Below, one piece after another: positions 1-13,118 of a stretch of 64,000 nt of DNA. The notes under the pieces are model-generated. The model was given only the letters and a program-made list of their open reading frames with translations, was not told the origin of the DNA and did not search any database. The stretch is from Planctomycetota bacterium (GTDB taxonomy: Bacteria; Planctomycetota; B15-G4; SIAN01): positions 3,059 through 67,058 of the forward strand of contig SIAN01000023.1 of the NCBI GenBank assembly GCA_009691715.1, in the 5' to 3' direction. A program made the position numbers and the translations under genes. The stretch's first letter is position 1, and each line of letters starts with the position of its first letter.

Positions 1-1366
<1,366 letters not shown>

Positions 1367-1495
1367 AAGGATGAGACCTTTGCCGCATCGCGCAAGCGAT
1401 GTGAGCTTGTCGACCAGCACCCATCGGTCAGGCCGTTCCTGTTCTTTTTCGAGCCACGCCCTCGGGCGTGACTCGTAGTTTCGTCACGATCGCGC

Positions 1496-1572
1496 GCACC
1501 CGTAGCTCAGCTGGTTAGAGCACGCGCCTGATAAGCGCGAGGTAAGTGGTTCGAATCCACTCGGGTGCACCA
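1496..1572 (+). tRNA. tRNA-Ile (anticodon GAU), CCA encoded
   Basis: Cloverleaf folded by hand. Acceptor gcacccg/cgggtgc, D-arm tagctcagctggttagagc, anticodon loop ctGATaa, T-arm agtggttcgaatccact. Classical 16S-23S spacer position. Confidence 0.95.
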
Positions 1573-1648
1573 TGAATGGTGCATCGAGATTCGAATCGCG
1601 ATCGTGGCGCGGACACCGCATCTCCCGTCGGGCTAATTGCAGTGCGTC

Positions 1649-1724
1649 GGGGGCGTAGCTCAGTTGGTAGAGCATCAGCTTTGCAAGCTGAGGGTCGCGG
1701 GTTCGAATCCTGTCGCCTCCACCA
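1649..1724 (+). tRNA. tRNA-Ala (anticodon UGC), CCA encoded
   Basis: Acceptor gggggcg/cgcctcc with the G3:U70 alanine identity pair, anticodon loop ttTGCaa, T-loop ggttcgaatcc. Lies in the spacer after tRNA-Ile. Confidence 0.95.
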
Positions 1725-1845
1725 CGTCAGGTGGAACTGATCTTTGACAATCCAGTGGCATAAGTATCAAAACCAAAACTCCTTCTATTAGTTTCGTGAG
1801 TCAATTTGAAACACTCGAGCGACTAAACGACAATTAGAAAAGTGT

Positions 1846-4846
<3,001 letters not shown>

Positions 4847-4946
4847 GCTTTTCTTCTACTCCGTGCTGCGGAGTAGATCCGAGAATCGTTCATCGATTCT
4901 GTCGATCCTTGTGCCGCTGGATTTTGTTTGGCAATTCTGACTAAAT

Positions 4947-5057
4947 GCCCGGTGACCATAGCTGGCTGGATACACCCGTTCCCTTCTCGAACACGGAAGT
5001 TAAGCGGTCAGCGCCGATGATATTGGGTCACTCCGAGAAAGTAGGTTGTTGCCGGGC
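4947..5057 (+). rRNA. rrf: 5S rRNA
   Basis: 111 nt. Helix I gcccgg.../...gccgggc, conserved ccgaac-like ctcgaacacggaagttaag and gcgccgatg blocks, followed by a T7 run. Confidence 0.93.
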
Positions 5058-5076
5058 TTTTTTTGTTTTCTATTCG

Positions 5077-5105
5077 CACCCACCGTGATCCGGTGGGTGT
5101 TTTTG
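5077..5105 (+). terminator. Rho-independent terminator of the rrn operon
   Basis: Perfect 9-bp stem cacccaccg / cggtgggtg with a 5-nt loop, followed by tttttgttt. Confidence 0.8.
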
Positions 5106-5133
5106 TTTCTGGTTGCTCGGTGCGGACGGTAGG

Positions 5134-5186
5134 TGTCAAGGTAGTTCTCGCCTCACCGACGTTCACACAGCCCCCGAATCTGCGTG
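5134..5186 (-). mobile_element. Relic of an IS3-family right end (about 53 bp)
   Basis: 46/53 identical to 62549-62601, the terminus plus last codons and stop of the IS3 orfB at the right edge of the window. Both start tgtcaaggtagtt. Confidence 0.7.
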
Positions 5187-5247
5187 TCGTACATTCCGCA
5201 GATCAGCATGTCGATTCGACGGCAACCGGCGTACCGAGCTCAACTGT

Positions 5248-5769
5248 TCATCGGTACGCCGTTTCAGGCACTCCCAGCAGTTGAAGGATCTGTGTCTGTC
5301 GAGCGGTGAGTTCGGGCGGGAAGTTCTGAGCGCGTGCTCGGGTGAATGAAGGACGCTGCGCTGGACCGAGGAGAACAGGCGGAAGACCTGCTCGGCGGTG
5401 GGGTGCCTCTGCCTTCGTTGCTCCGGGTAGAGCGGCAGATCCTCGATCCCCTGCTGTCGCATTGCGCGTCTCACCTCGCGTTCGATCAGCGCCTGAACCA
5501 GGAACGCCAGGAAGTAGAGGTAGAAGAGCGCTTCGACCCGCCCTTCGTTCTTGAGCAGCACGGGCGCGATCTCGAAGACGGACTTGAACTGCTCGAACCG
5601 CTTCTCGAGGGCGGGCTGGCGCTTATGCGTGGCGAGCCCATCCTTCGACTCGAGCGCGCGGTCATTGGTGAGGAGGGGGTACATGCCGTCGGTGTGGTGG
5701 TCGTAGGCGACGGCGGCGTCGTCGGTTGCCCACTCGGGGATCCAGGCGCAGCGGGTCTGTGAGCGGTCA
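5248..5769 (-). pseudogene. IS1634/IS4-like DDE transposase, C-terminal fragment
   Basis: Translation ...AWIPEWATDDAAVAYDHHTDGMYPLLTND...VEALFYLYFLAFLVQALIEREVR. The last about 25 codons (PPELTARQTQILQLLGVPETAYR*, stop at 5248-5250) are readable only after a frame change. Not contiguous with the N-terminal fragment. Confidence 0.6.
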
Positions 5770-6601
5770 TGTCAAATGCCCCCCCCTGCGGTCATGAAAC
5801 GTGCCCCCCCTGAATTGAGGTCACGGGGCCGTGCCAGGCCGCGTCGGCACGCCGCCCAAATCCTCGAAGGCGCGCCGGATCACGCCGAGGAAAGTCGGGA
5901 CCGTCTGATCGAGCACCAGCTCGTAGTACGAGTAGCGGCTGTAGCAGAGCGTCAGCGCGAACAGCCACACCCGCCGCTTCACGCCGCCCACGTCGAGCGC
6001 AGCGATCTCGCCGAAGTCGATCTGCGCCTCCTCGCCCGGCGCGAAGTGCAACCGGCAGTAGACCTCTGGCTCGACCTAGCGCAGCGTGCGCACCATGCGC
6101 TTCACCGTCTCGTAGCTCGCACCTGCCACTTGGAAGTCCGCTGTCGCGCTCAAGTCCTGGAAGATCTGCACCGCCGACAAGCCCTGCATGACCTTGGCCT
6201 CGATGTCATCGAGGAAGCGATCGAGCTTGCGCGGCACCGCCGCCCGCAGCGGTTCTTGCGCCCCGCGCGCAATGCAGCGGATGTACCTGCGGACCGTCCG
6301 CACATCGACTCCGAGCCGATGTGCGATCGCCTTCTTCGGCACGCACTCCTCGTGGAGCGCGCGCACGGACAGCAACGTACTCATCGAAATCACCTCGCGT
6401 CTCCCCGCGATCACGAGCGCAAGGCTCGATCGCGGGACCCATTGAAGTCACGCCGCTGGCGATGACCTCCAGGGGATCCCTGCCGCGCGCGGCGGGTGCC
6501 GCTCCGGTCGCCCTACGCAGCCCCCGCCAGCCCTCGCTCCGCCTTCACGATGCTCGAGCGAACGACTGCGACGGGGGGGGCACGCTTGGTGACCGGTAAC
6601 A
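5770..6601 (-). mobile_element. Internally deleted IS21-family element (about 832 bp) inserted in the IS1634-like transposase gene
   Basis: Both ends start TGT and carry G/C-octamer repeats. Left end: tgtcaaatgcccccccc..ggtcatgaaacgtgccccccc. Right end (reverse complement): tgttaccggtcaccaagcgtgcccccccc. It encloses a truncated istA. Confidence 0.6.
5821..6384 (-). pseudogene. istA: IS21-family IstA transposase, truncated, with an in-frame TAG
   Basis: MSTLLSVRALHEECVPKKAIAHRLGVDVRTVRRYI (HTH) ...YETVKRMVRTLR-TAG(6076-6078)-VEPEVYCRLHFAPGEEAQIDFGE...LTLCYSRYSY. The frame then runs into the element terminus after GGVP. Only about 188 of 400-500 expected codons remain. Confidence 0.7.
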
Positions 6602-7156
6602 GTCCGGGCGATGATCCTTGGAATGTCCGTACGTGATGCCGGGCGCACGCTGCCTGCGCAGGAAGCGATCGCTGTCGTGCTGGTACTGGCCGGCGAAGCG
6701 GATCGAGGTCGAATCATTGTGCAGTTCGTCGAAGCCGAGGTCGAAGCGAGCATGGACGGCGAGGATGACCTCGGTCAGGAGCGTGCCGCGATCGGCGTCG
6801 AACAGGCGATCGAGGGCGCGGCCGATCTGATCGTCGTGCAGCCGCTGCGCCTGATCCGGCGTGAGCCCGAAGGCCTCGGGCGCGAACTCGCTGACGGTCT
6901 CGTGCTGGCGGTAGATCGGCTCGCGCTGGACCAAGATCGAGCGCAGGAGCACCAGGAGTCCGGAAGCGTAGGGCAAGGCGCAGCGACGATCCCGCGTGGG
7001 AACGAAGCGCTCGAGGATCTCGGCGAGCCCGATCCGGTCGAGGAAGTGGTTGAGTAGCGGCAGAGGACCGAGCCGCTCCCACTTCAGCGAAGCGGCCGCG
7101 AGATCGGCGAAGGAACCGGCTGGGCCCATCTTGACCTCGTCCGTGTCTGACATCAT
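6602..7156 (-). pseudogene. IS1634/IS4-like transposase, N-terminal fragment
   Basis: MMSDTDEVKMGP...LPLLNHFLDRIGLAEILERFVP...HNDSTSIRFAGQY...ITYGHSKDHRPD. The frame then continues straight into the IS21-like terminus (tgttaccgg). Confidence 0.65.
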
Positions 7157-7200
7157 AGTAGGAGTCAGACTATCGACCGTCAGGCGAGACCAAGAAGTCG

Positions 7201-7536
7201 ATGAGCCTCTCCTCCGAACTGCAACTACGCATCGCCGCGCTACAGCGGGCGCTGGAGCCGATGGACTACGCCTGCTCCGGCTCGCTCTTCACCCGAACCA
7301 GGCTCTGTGGCAAATCCAACTGCCACTGCGCTACCGATCCCGACGCACGGCACGGCCCGTACTTCACTTGGGCCCACCGCGACCGCGATCGCATCGTGCA
7401 TCACATCCTCACCCGCGAACAAGCCCAAGTCGTAAGGCGCGCCATCCTCCACCAGCGCACCCTCCGTAAACTGCTCGCACAATGGGATCGTGAAAGCACC
7501 GTCGCCATTCTTGCCATGCGCGAAAGCAACTCCTGA
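7201..7536 (+). CDS. Small Cys-rich protein divergent from the IS1634-like transposase (transposon-associated; I recall it as DUF6788-like, unverified)
   Basis: 111-aa ORF with CSGS...CGKSNCHC...GPYFTW motifs and coding-like GC3. Transcribed divergently 44 bp from the transposase start. Confidence 0.5.
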   Translation: MSLSSELQLRIAALQRALEPMDYACSGSLFTRTRLCGKSNCHCATDPDARHGPYFTWAHRDRDRIVHHILTREQAQVVRRAILHQRTLRKLLAQWDRESTVAILAMRESNS

Positions 7537-7627
7537 AACAGCAGGGGCTTGCGCGATCACGACTTCGACGCGGAGATCTGCGGAGTGTAGGTGGTGACGC
7601 TCCTGCTTTCGGAGCAAGACGCGCAGG

Positions 7628-7760
7628 TACAAGAATCCCGGCGCCGAAACCATCTGGAAGGGTCTCGAACGCCTCACCGATATCACCACCGCCTACCAAC
7701 GGTTTCTGTCCACCGCGTAGCCAGCCGTGTCCAGCGGGAGGACTTGTGGGGTACGGTCAG
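7628..7760 (+). mobile_element. Relic of an unclassified IS: last 29 transposase codons plus a terminal 42 bp
   Basis: Encodes YKNPGAETIWKGLERLTDITTAYQRFLSTA*, then ...gacttgtggggtacggtcag. 128/133 identical to the reverse complement of 62317-62449. Confidence 0.7.
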
Positions 7761-7870
7761 ATGATTGACGCCCCCTTGGTTGGTAGTCGCCTACCAAAAA
7801 CGGTCAGCGTCGCACCGCCTCGCTGCCGAAGCGGGTTGCCGCAAACTGCGGCTCGAACGGAAGTTGCGGA

Positions 7871-7946
7871 TGGTGGAGCGTATGGGGATCGAACCCATGA
7901 CCTTCAGACTGCCAGCCTGACGCTCTCCCAGCTGAGCTAACGCCCC
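7871..7946 (-). tRNA. tRNA-Ala (anticodon GGC), CCA encoded
   Basis: Reverse complement ggggcgttagctcagctgggagagcgtcaggctGGCagtctgaaggtcatgggttcgatccccatacgctccacca. G3:U70 present and the cloverleaf is regular. Confidence 0.93.
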
Positions 7947-8196
7947 ACGCGGTCGGTGATCGGTTCGTCGCGGCGACGGTGTTGGGGCACCGGCGTGGTC
8001 CGCTCGACGAGCGGGCGGACCGCGGCGAAGGGGCGAGATTAAACCGTCCGGCGGGCGGCGGGGGAAGGAGGCAGGGCGACGCTCATGGGGCGCTCGTGTG
8101 CGCGCATCGTTCGGCGGGCCGCTGCACCGGCAGCGCTAACCTCCCGCGCTTCGCCTGCGGTCGCGGGCGCACGCAGTAGATGCAGGAACGACTCCG

Positions 8197-9768
8197 ATGA
8201 GCGACGGCGGCAAGGGTCATGGCGGCGATGGCGGCAAAGGCGGGCCGCAAGCGGCAGGCGCGGCCGGAGCTGGCGGCGGCGGTGCGAAGGGCGGGAGCTC
8301 GCAGCTCGGCGTGACGCCGCGTGCGACGAGCTTCACCGACTGGTACCAGGATCTGGTCCTGAAGGCGCAGCTCGCCGACCATTCGCCGGTGCGCGGCTGC
8401 ATGGTGGTGCGGCCGTACGGTTGGGCGCTGTGGGAGCGGATCCGCGAGACGTTCGACCGCTTCTTCAAGGAGACGGGGCACGAGAACGCGCAGTTCCCGC
8501 TGTTCATCCCGCTGTCGTTCCTGGCCAAGGAGGCGAGCCACGTCGAGGGCTTCGCGAAGGAGTGCGCCGTCGTCACGCACTACCGCCTGAAGGCCGGCCC
8601 GAACGGCATCGAGCCCGATCCCGACAGCAAGCTCGAAGAGCCGTTGATCGTGCGGCCGACCAGCGAGACGATCATCGGCTCGATGTACGCCAAATGGGTC
8701 CAGAGCTGGCGCGATCTGCCGATCCTGATCAACCAGTGGGCGAACGTCGTGCGCTGGGAGATGCGCACGCGGCTGTTCCTGCGCACGACCGAGTTCTTCT
8801 GGCAGGAGGGGCACACCGCGCACGAGACCGAGAAGGAAGCGGTCGCCGAGACGCTGCAGATGATCGAGGTCTATCGCAGGGTCGCCGAGGAGTACCTCGC
8901 GATGCCGGTGCTGGTCGGGAGGAAGAGCGCGGCCGAGCGGTTCGCCGGCGCGGTCGACACCTGGTGCATCGAGGCGCTGATGCAGGACGGCAAGGCGCTG
9001 CAGGCGGGAACGTCGCACTTCCTCGGCCAGAACTTCGCGAAGGCGTTCGAGATCCAGTTCGCCGGCCGCGATGGGCAGCGGCAGCACGCGTGGACGACGT
9101 CGTGGGGCGTGTCGACGCGGCTGATCGGCGGGCTGGTGATGACCCACAGCGACGACAAGGGGCTGGTGTTGCCGCCGCGTCTGGCACCGATCCAGGCGGT
9201 CGTGATCCCGATCTGGCGCAAGGACGAAGAGAAGGCGGCGGTGATGAGCTACGTCGACGGCTTCGTCGGCAAGTTGAAGAGTGCCGGCGTGCGCGTCCAC
9301 GTCGACGATCGCGAGCATTTCAAGCCGGGCTACAAGTTCAACGACTGGGAGCTGCGCGGCGTGCCGCTGCGGCTCGAGGTTGGGCCGCGCGATGTGGCCG
9401 CGGCCAAGTGCGTGATGGCGCGGCGCGACGGTGGCGAGAAGCAGATCGTTGACGTCGCCGGGCTCGAGACGCGGCTGCCGGCGTTGCTCGAAGAGATTCA
9501 GGCTGCGATGTTCGCCAAGGCCAAGGCGTTCCGCGATGCGAGCATCCATCGGGCGGCGACGTACGAGGAACTGGTGAAGACGCTCGAAGAGAAGGGCGGC
9601 TTCGTGCTGGCGCCGTGGGATGGCGACGCGGCGGTCGAGGCGACGATCAAGGAGCAGTGCAAGGCGACGATTCGGTGCATCCGCGATGAAGACCGCGGAC
9701 CTGAAGTGCCGGCGATCGTGACGGGAACGCCGACGGCGCAGTGGGTGGTGTTCGCGAAGGCCTACTAA
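8197..9768 (+). CDS. proS: Prolyl-tRNA synthetase, archaeal/eukaryote-like type (no INS editing domain)
   Basis: TPRATSFTDWYQDLVLKAQLADHSPVRGCMVVRPYGWALWE..., class II motifs (FRTTEFFWQEGHTAH, GTSHFLGQNFAKAF), C-terminal ...FAKAY. The 35-aa Gly-rich N-terminus may not be translated; an alternative GTG lies just before TPRATSF. Confidence 0.93.
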   Translation: MSDGGKGHGGDGGKGGPQAAGAAGAGGGGAKGGSSQLGVTPRATSFTDWYQDLVLKAQLADHSPVRGCMVVRPYGWALWERIRETFDRFFKETGHENAQFPLFIPLSFLAKEASHVEGFAKECAVVTHYRLKAGPNGIEPDPDSKLEEPLIVRPTSETIIGSMYAKWVQSWRDLPILINQWANVVRWEMRTRLFLRTTEFFWQEGHTAHETEKEAVAETLQMIEVYRRVAEEYLAMPVLVGRKSAAERFAGAVDTWCIEALMQDGKALQAGTSHFLGQNFAKAFEIQFAGRDGQRQHAWTTSWGVSTRLIGGLVMTHSDDKGLVLPPRLAPIQAVVIPIWRKDEEKAAVMSYVDGFVGKLKSAGVRVHVDDREHFKPGYKFNDWELRGVPLRLEVGPRDVAAAKCVMARRDGGEKQIVDVAGLETRLPALLEEIQAAMFAKAKAFRDASIHRAATYEELVKTLEEKGGFVLAPWDGDAAVEATIKEQCKATIRCIRDEDRGPEVPAIVTGTPTAQWVVFAKAY

Positions 9769-10188
9769 GCCGTTGCTGCTGACGGCGGCGGAACCGCCGC
9801 AGCAGAACGGCGCGCCGGCGAGATGGCGCGGCGCGCCACTCGCCTCTCGGGGTTTGCAGCAGGCGAAGCGGCGCGGCGCGCGCTTCGCTGCTGAGACCCA
9901 GCACCGCGCGAGATGGCGCTGGACGGGGGGAGGCGCCGCCGAATGAGGGCGGTGGAACGCGGCGGGCCGACTGAAGCGGCGGCGGGGATGGGGTCGGACG
10001 TCGTGATCAGTTCGGGGGTTGGCGCAGCGACGTTTTGATCCGGGTTTGAATCGTCGGCCTGATCCGCACCGTTGAAACTTGGAGCGACGAACGGTTGCGG
10101 GCCGGCGAGTGCGAACGACGAAGCGCAAGTTCGCGCGGACGGCAGACAGAACCACTGGCTCGGACCGGATCGCGCCGGGAGATCTCAC

Positions 10189-10612
10189 GTGGCGGCCACA
10201 ATCACCCTCTCCGAATGCGTCCATGTCGTGCGCTCGCCCGAGTTCGTCTGGGACTTCACGCAAGACTTTTCGCGGCGGCGATCGTGGGATTCCTCGGTGC
10301 TCGAAGCGACGGTGATTTCGAGTTCGCCGGCGCCGGTGGACGGTCGCTCTTCTTCGGTATCGGCAATTCGAGCGGCCGAACCAGACGAGCCTCGTGATGG
10401 AGGTCGAGGCGTCGCCGCTCGTGATCGGTGGGGGCGGTTCGTGGAACTACGAACCGGCGGGCGATGGCACCCAGTGGACGCAGTCAAACACGTTGATCCT
10501 CAAACCAGGACTGCTCGGGCGACTCGCGACGCCGATCGTCCGGTGGATGCTCCGCTCTTCGACGCGTGCGGCGATGCGGAAAGCCAAGGAGTTGATGGAG
10601 TCCGCTGGGTGA
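10189..10612 (+). pseudogene. SRPBCC (polyketide cyclase/START-like) family gene with a 1-nt frame disruption near 10315
   Basis: Frame 1 reads ITLSECVHVVRSPEFVWDFTQDFSRRRSWDSSVLEATV up to 10314. The family-typical continuation FRVRRRRWTVALLRYRQFERPNQTSLVMMEVEASPLVIGGGGSWNYEPAGDGTQWTQSNTLILKPG...AMRKAKELMESAG is in the +1 frame from 10316. Joined length is about 140 aa, as expected for the fold. Confidence 0.65.
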
Positions 10613-10624
10613 GATTTGCGGCTC

Positions 10625-12310
10625 TCACTCCTGCTTGATCGGAGGCGCCGGCCGCACGAACGCAAACCGCTTCATCGCCACCCGCTCCGGCTCGCTCGCG
10701 CCCTCGGTCACCCGGATCTTCTGATCCATCGCGACGCTGGTGAACTTCTGCCGAGTGTTCGACGCCGGCCACCAGGTCTCGATCGAGTCGATCGCGGTCG
10801 CGTCACCGAGTCCGATCTCCTGCTGCAGCGAGGAGGCGCCGAAGCTGCCGCCGCTGCCGCCGGTGACGCGGATCGTGCGATCGCCGGCGGGAGTCTTCAC
10901 GTGCACGGCGATCTTGGTGCCGATGCCGGCGCGGTTGCTCTTCGTGCCGACCAGTTCGACGGTGAGCCAGTGGTTCGTGTTGCCGGGGTTCTCGAGCAGG
11001 ATGCGGCGGAAGAAGTCGCCTTCATAGGCGCCGCCGAGCACCTCGTAGACGTCTTGGTCGCCGTCGTTGTCGAAGTCGGCGAAGGCGACGCCGTGGCCTT
11101 TCTGCAGGTGGCCGAAGCCGCCGTGGGTCGTGATGTCCAAAAAGCGCCGGCCGCCGTCGTTCTTCAGCGCGCGGTTGGGCAGCAACGTGCGGTAGTCAGG
11201 ATCGCCGTTGCCGAAGACCGCGTCGAGCCAGCCGTCGTTGTCGAGGTCGCCGAAGTTGCAGCCCATGGTGAGGATCACATGGTCGAGGCCGATTTCGCCG
11301 CCGATCTCGTCGTAACGACCGTTGCCGCGATTGCGGTAGAGCGCGCTCGGTTCAGAGTGGAGCGGCAGGCCGAGCAGCATCCGGCCGACGTCGTCCGCCT
11401 GCCGCTTGCTCAGGTCGACATAGGAAGCACACAGCAGGTCATCGTCGCCGTCGTTGTCCCAGTCGAACGACCAGCACGGAAAGCTGCGCTCTGGCCCCGC
11501 GATGCCCGCTTTCTTCGAGATATCCTCGAAGCGCAAGCCGGCCTGTTCGGCGGTCGGTGGCACGTTGCGCAGCAGGCGGTTGTCGTCGCCCATCACGGAC
11601 AGGAAGAGGTCGGGCCGGCCATCGCCATCGGCATCGGTCGCGGTCACGCCCTTGACGAAGTGCTCGAGCGCGACGCCTGCTTCGACCGCGACGTCCTTCC
11701 ACGTCCCGTCGCGCTGATTGCGCCAGAGCTCGCACGGATACTTGGAGTCCGGTCCGCCGGTCTCGCAGCCGACGAACAAGTCAAGCCAGCCGTCGAGGTC
11801 GAAGTCCGCCACCGCCACTGTCTGTGTCGGCTTCTCCGTGGCAATGCCAGCAGCGAAACTCACGTCGTCGAAGCGGAAGCCGCCGCGATTGAGCAAGAGC
11901 GACTTCGGCAGTTCGCCGACCTGGCGCATCCAGCCGCCGCGCGGCACGAAGACGTCGACCAGCCCGTCGTTGTTGAAGTCTCCCGACACGAGGTTCAGCC
12001 CGCCGACCAGGCCATCGAGGCCGGCGTCGTGCGTCCGCTCCTCGAACGTCCCGTCGCCGTTGCTGCGCCAGACGCGCAGCGGATCGGCAAGCCCCCACGA
12101 CGACGCCATCACGTCGATGAATCCGTCACGGTCGAAGTCGTCGGCGACCACGCCGCCCGACAGCCCCTCGACCGAAAGACCGGCTCCTTGCGCCACATCG
12201 ACGAACCGCGCGAACGGCGCTTCGGAGGTGAACGCGTCAGGCGGCAGTCGGCGCGCGATCGGGACGCCTTCGGGCCAGCGGCCGAGCGCCATCGCCGCGA
12301 GATTGAGCAA
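10625..12310 (-). CDS. CRTAC1-family protein, main part (FG-GAP/VCBS repeats plus ASPIC/UnbV C-terminal domain). Same gene as 12311-12910, interrupted by TGA.
   Basis: Repeated DFDxDGxxD(L/V) motifs (DFDRDGFIDV, DFNNDGLVDV, DFDLDGWLDL, DADGDGRPDL, DWDNDGDDDL, DLDNDGWLDA, DFDNDGDQDV). C-terminal NHWLTVELVGTKSNRAGIGTKIAV...GGSGGSFGASSLQQEIGLG. Confidence 0.85.
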   Translation of the reverse strand: MLNLAAMALGRWPEGVPIARRLPPDAFTSEAPFARFVDVAQGAGLSVEGLSGGVVADDFDRDGFIDVMASSWGLADPLRVWRSNGDGTFEERTHDAGLDGLVGGLNLVSGDFNNDGLVDVFVPRGGWMRQVGELPKSLLLNRGGFRFDDVSFAAGIATEKPTQTVAVADFDLDGWLDLFVGCETGGPDSKYPCELWRNQRDGTWKDVAVEAGVALEHFVKGVTATDADGDGRPDLFLSVMGDDNRLLRNVPPTAEQAGLRFEDISKKAGIAGPERSFPCWSFDWDNDGDDDLLCASYVDLSKRQADDVGRMLLGLPLHSEPSALYRNRGNGRYDEIGGEIGLDHVILTMGCNFGDLDNDGWLDAVFGNGDPDYRTLLPNRALKNDGGRRFLDITTHGGFGHLQKGHGVAFADFDNDGDQDVYEVLGGAYEGDFFRRILLENPGNTNHWLTVELVGTKSNRAGIGTKIAVHVKTPAGDRTIRVTGGSGGSFGASSLQQEIGLGDATAIDSIETWWPASNTRQKFTSVAMDQKIRVTEGASEPERVAMKRFAFVRPAPPIKQE

Positions 12311-12910
12311 TCAACGTGAGCCAGTGTCTTGCGGGCGCTTGTCGAGGATCTCGCTCAATAGCTCGAACGCCTTCTGCGCCCCGCGCGGCACCTGGTGGTG
12401 CGCCGCCTCGGAGAACGGTGCGATGCAACTCTCCGGACCATGGCGCGCGAGGCAGTTCTCCTGCTCGCCGAGCCGCAGCCACGCGATCGCGAGCAGGCTC
12501 TCGATCTCTTCGAGCGTCGCCGGCGCGGTGGGGTGGGTGCTTTTCGCGAGTCGCTCGCGTTGCACTTCGAGCAGTGCCACCGCCTCCTCGGTCCGGCCGA
12601 TGTTGAGTACCTGTCGCGCCCGCTGCAGTTCGAGCGGACCGGTCCGCTGCTTTGGCGCGCTCAGGAGCTCTGCTTCAATCCCCGCCAGGAGCTTCGTGTT
12701 GGAGAAGATGCTGCCCGCCACCGCATCCGTGGCGGCGCGCGCCAAAAGCCGTTTCGCCATCGCGATCGTCCCGGCGGTGCGCGGATCGTCCGACTGGATG
12801 GGCCCGATCGGCTCATCCGCCGTCAGCGGCATCGGGAGGAAGTTCGCGCATACGAGCAAGATCGACGTCGCCATCCGGCGCCGCGTGGCGTTCGATTCGA
12901 GGATTGGCAT
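12311..12910 (-). CDS. N-terminal signal peptide plus helical/TPR-like part of the CRTAC1-family gene, ending at an in-frame TGA
   Basis: MATSILLVCANFLPMPLTA signal-like segment. Ends ...KRPQDTGSR-TGA, and the next codons read LLNLAAMALGRWPEGVP in the same frame. Confidence 0.7.
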   Translation of the reverse strand: MPILESNATRRRMATSILLVCANFLPMPLTADEPIGPIQSDDPRTAGTIAMAKRLLARAATDAVAGSIFSNTKLLAGIEAELLSAPKQRTGPLELQRARQVLNIGRTEEAVALLEVQRERLAKSTHPTAPATLEEIESLLAIAWLRLGEQENCLARHGPESCIAPFSEAAHHQVPRGAQKAFELLSEILDKRPQDTGSR

Positions 12911-13118
12911 GACGAGCTTTTACGGGAAAACGGCCTTTGCGGCATGTCGGGTTACCTCGGCGGAGCGCCACAACTCACCCATGTCGTCTGCTTGACAGCC
13001 TCGCGCGTCCTTGACGGCGCGGCTACATTCGTGCCGCTCCCATTGCCGCGTTGTCGGTGCTGCACGGTCGTCGATCCGAGGTTTCGTCGTCGCCGCCAGC
13101 ATCTGCGAGGACTTCACC

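Noticed and set aside
8083-10263. 726-aa ORF on the minus strand opposite proS. Similar very long antisense or out-of-frame ORFs occur at 27666-29306, 36076-37893, 46253-48118, 53291-55009, 56949-58598, 49183-50103 and 50173-51321.
   Set aside because: These are Arg/Ala/Pro-rich, low-complexity translations with GC concentrated at the wrong codon position. Each lies antisense to, or out of frame with, a gene with unmistakable conserved motifs (proS, atpA, thrS, pheS and others). This is the typical stop-codon-poor shadow ORF of high-GC DNA.
12311-12313. TGA read as Trp or selenocysteine in the CRTAC1-family gene.
   Set aside because: TGA terminates most clear housekeeping genes here (atpA, atpD, atpC, thrS, infC, rpmI, rplT, pheS, pheT). 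There is no SECIS-like hairpin immediately downstream, and a Cys/Sec is not expected at this position.
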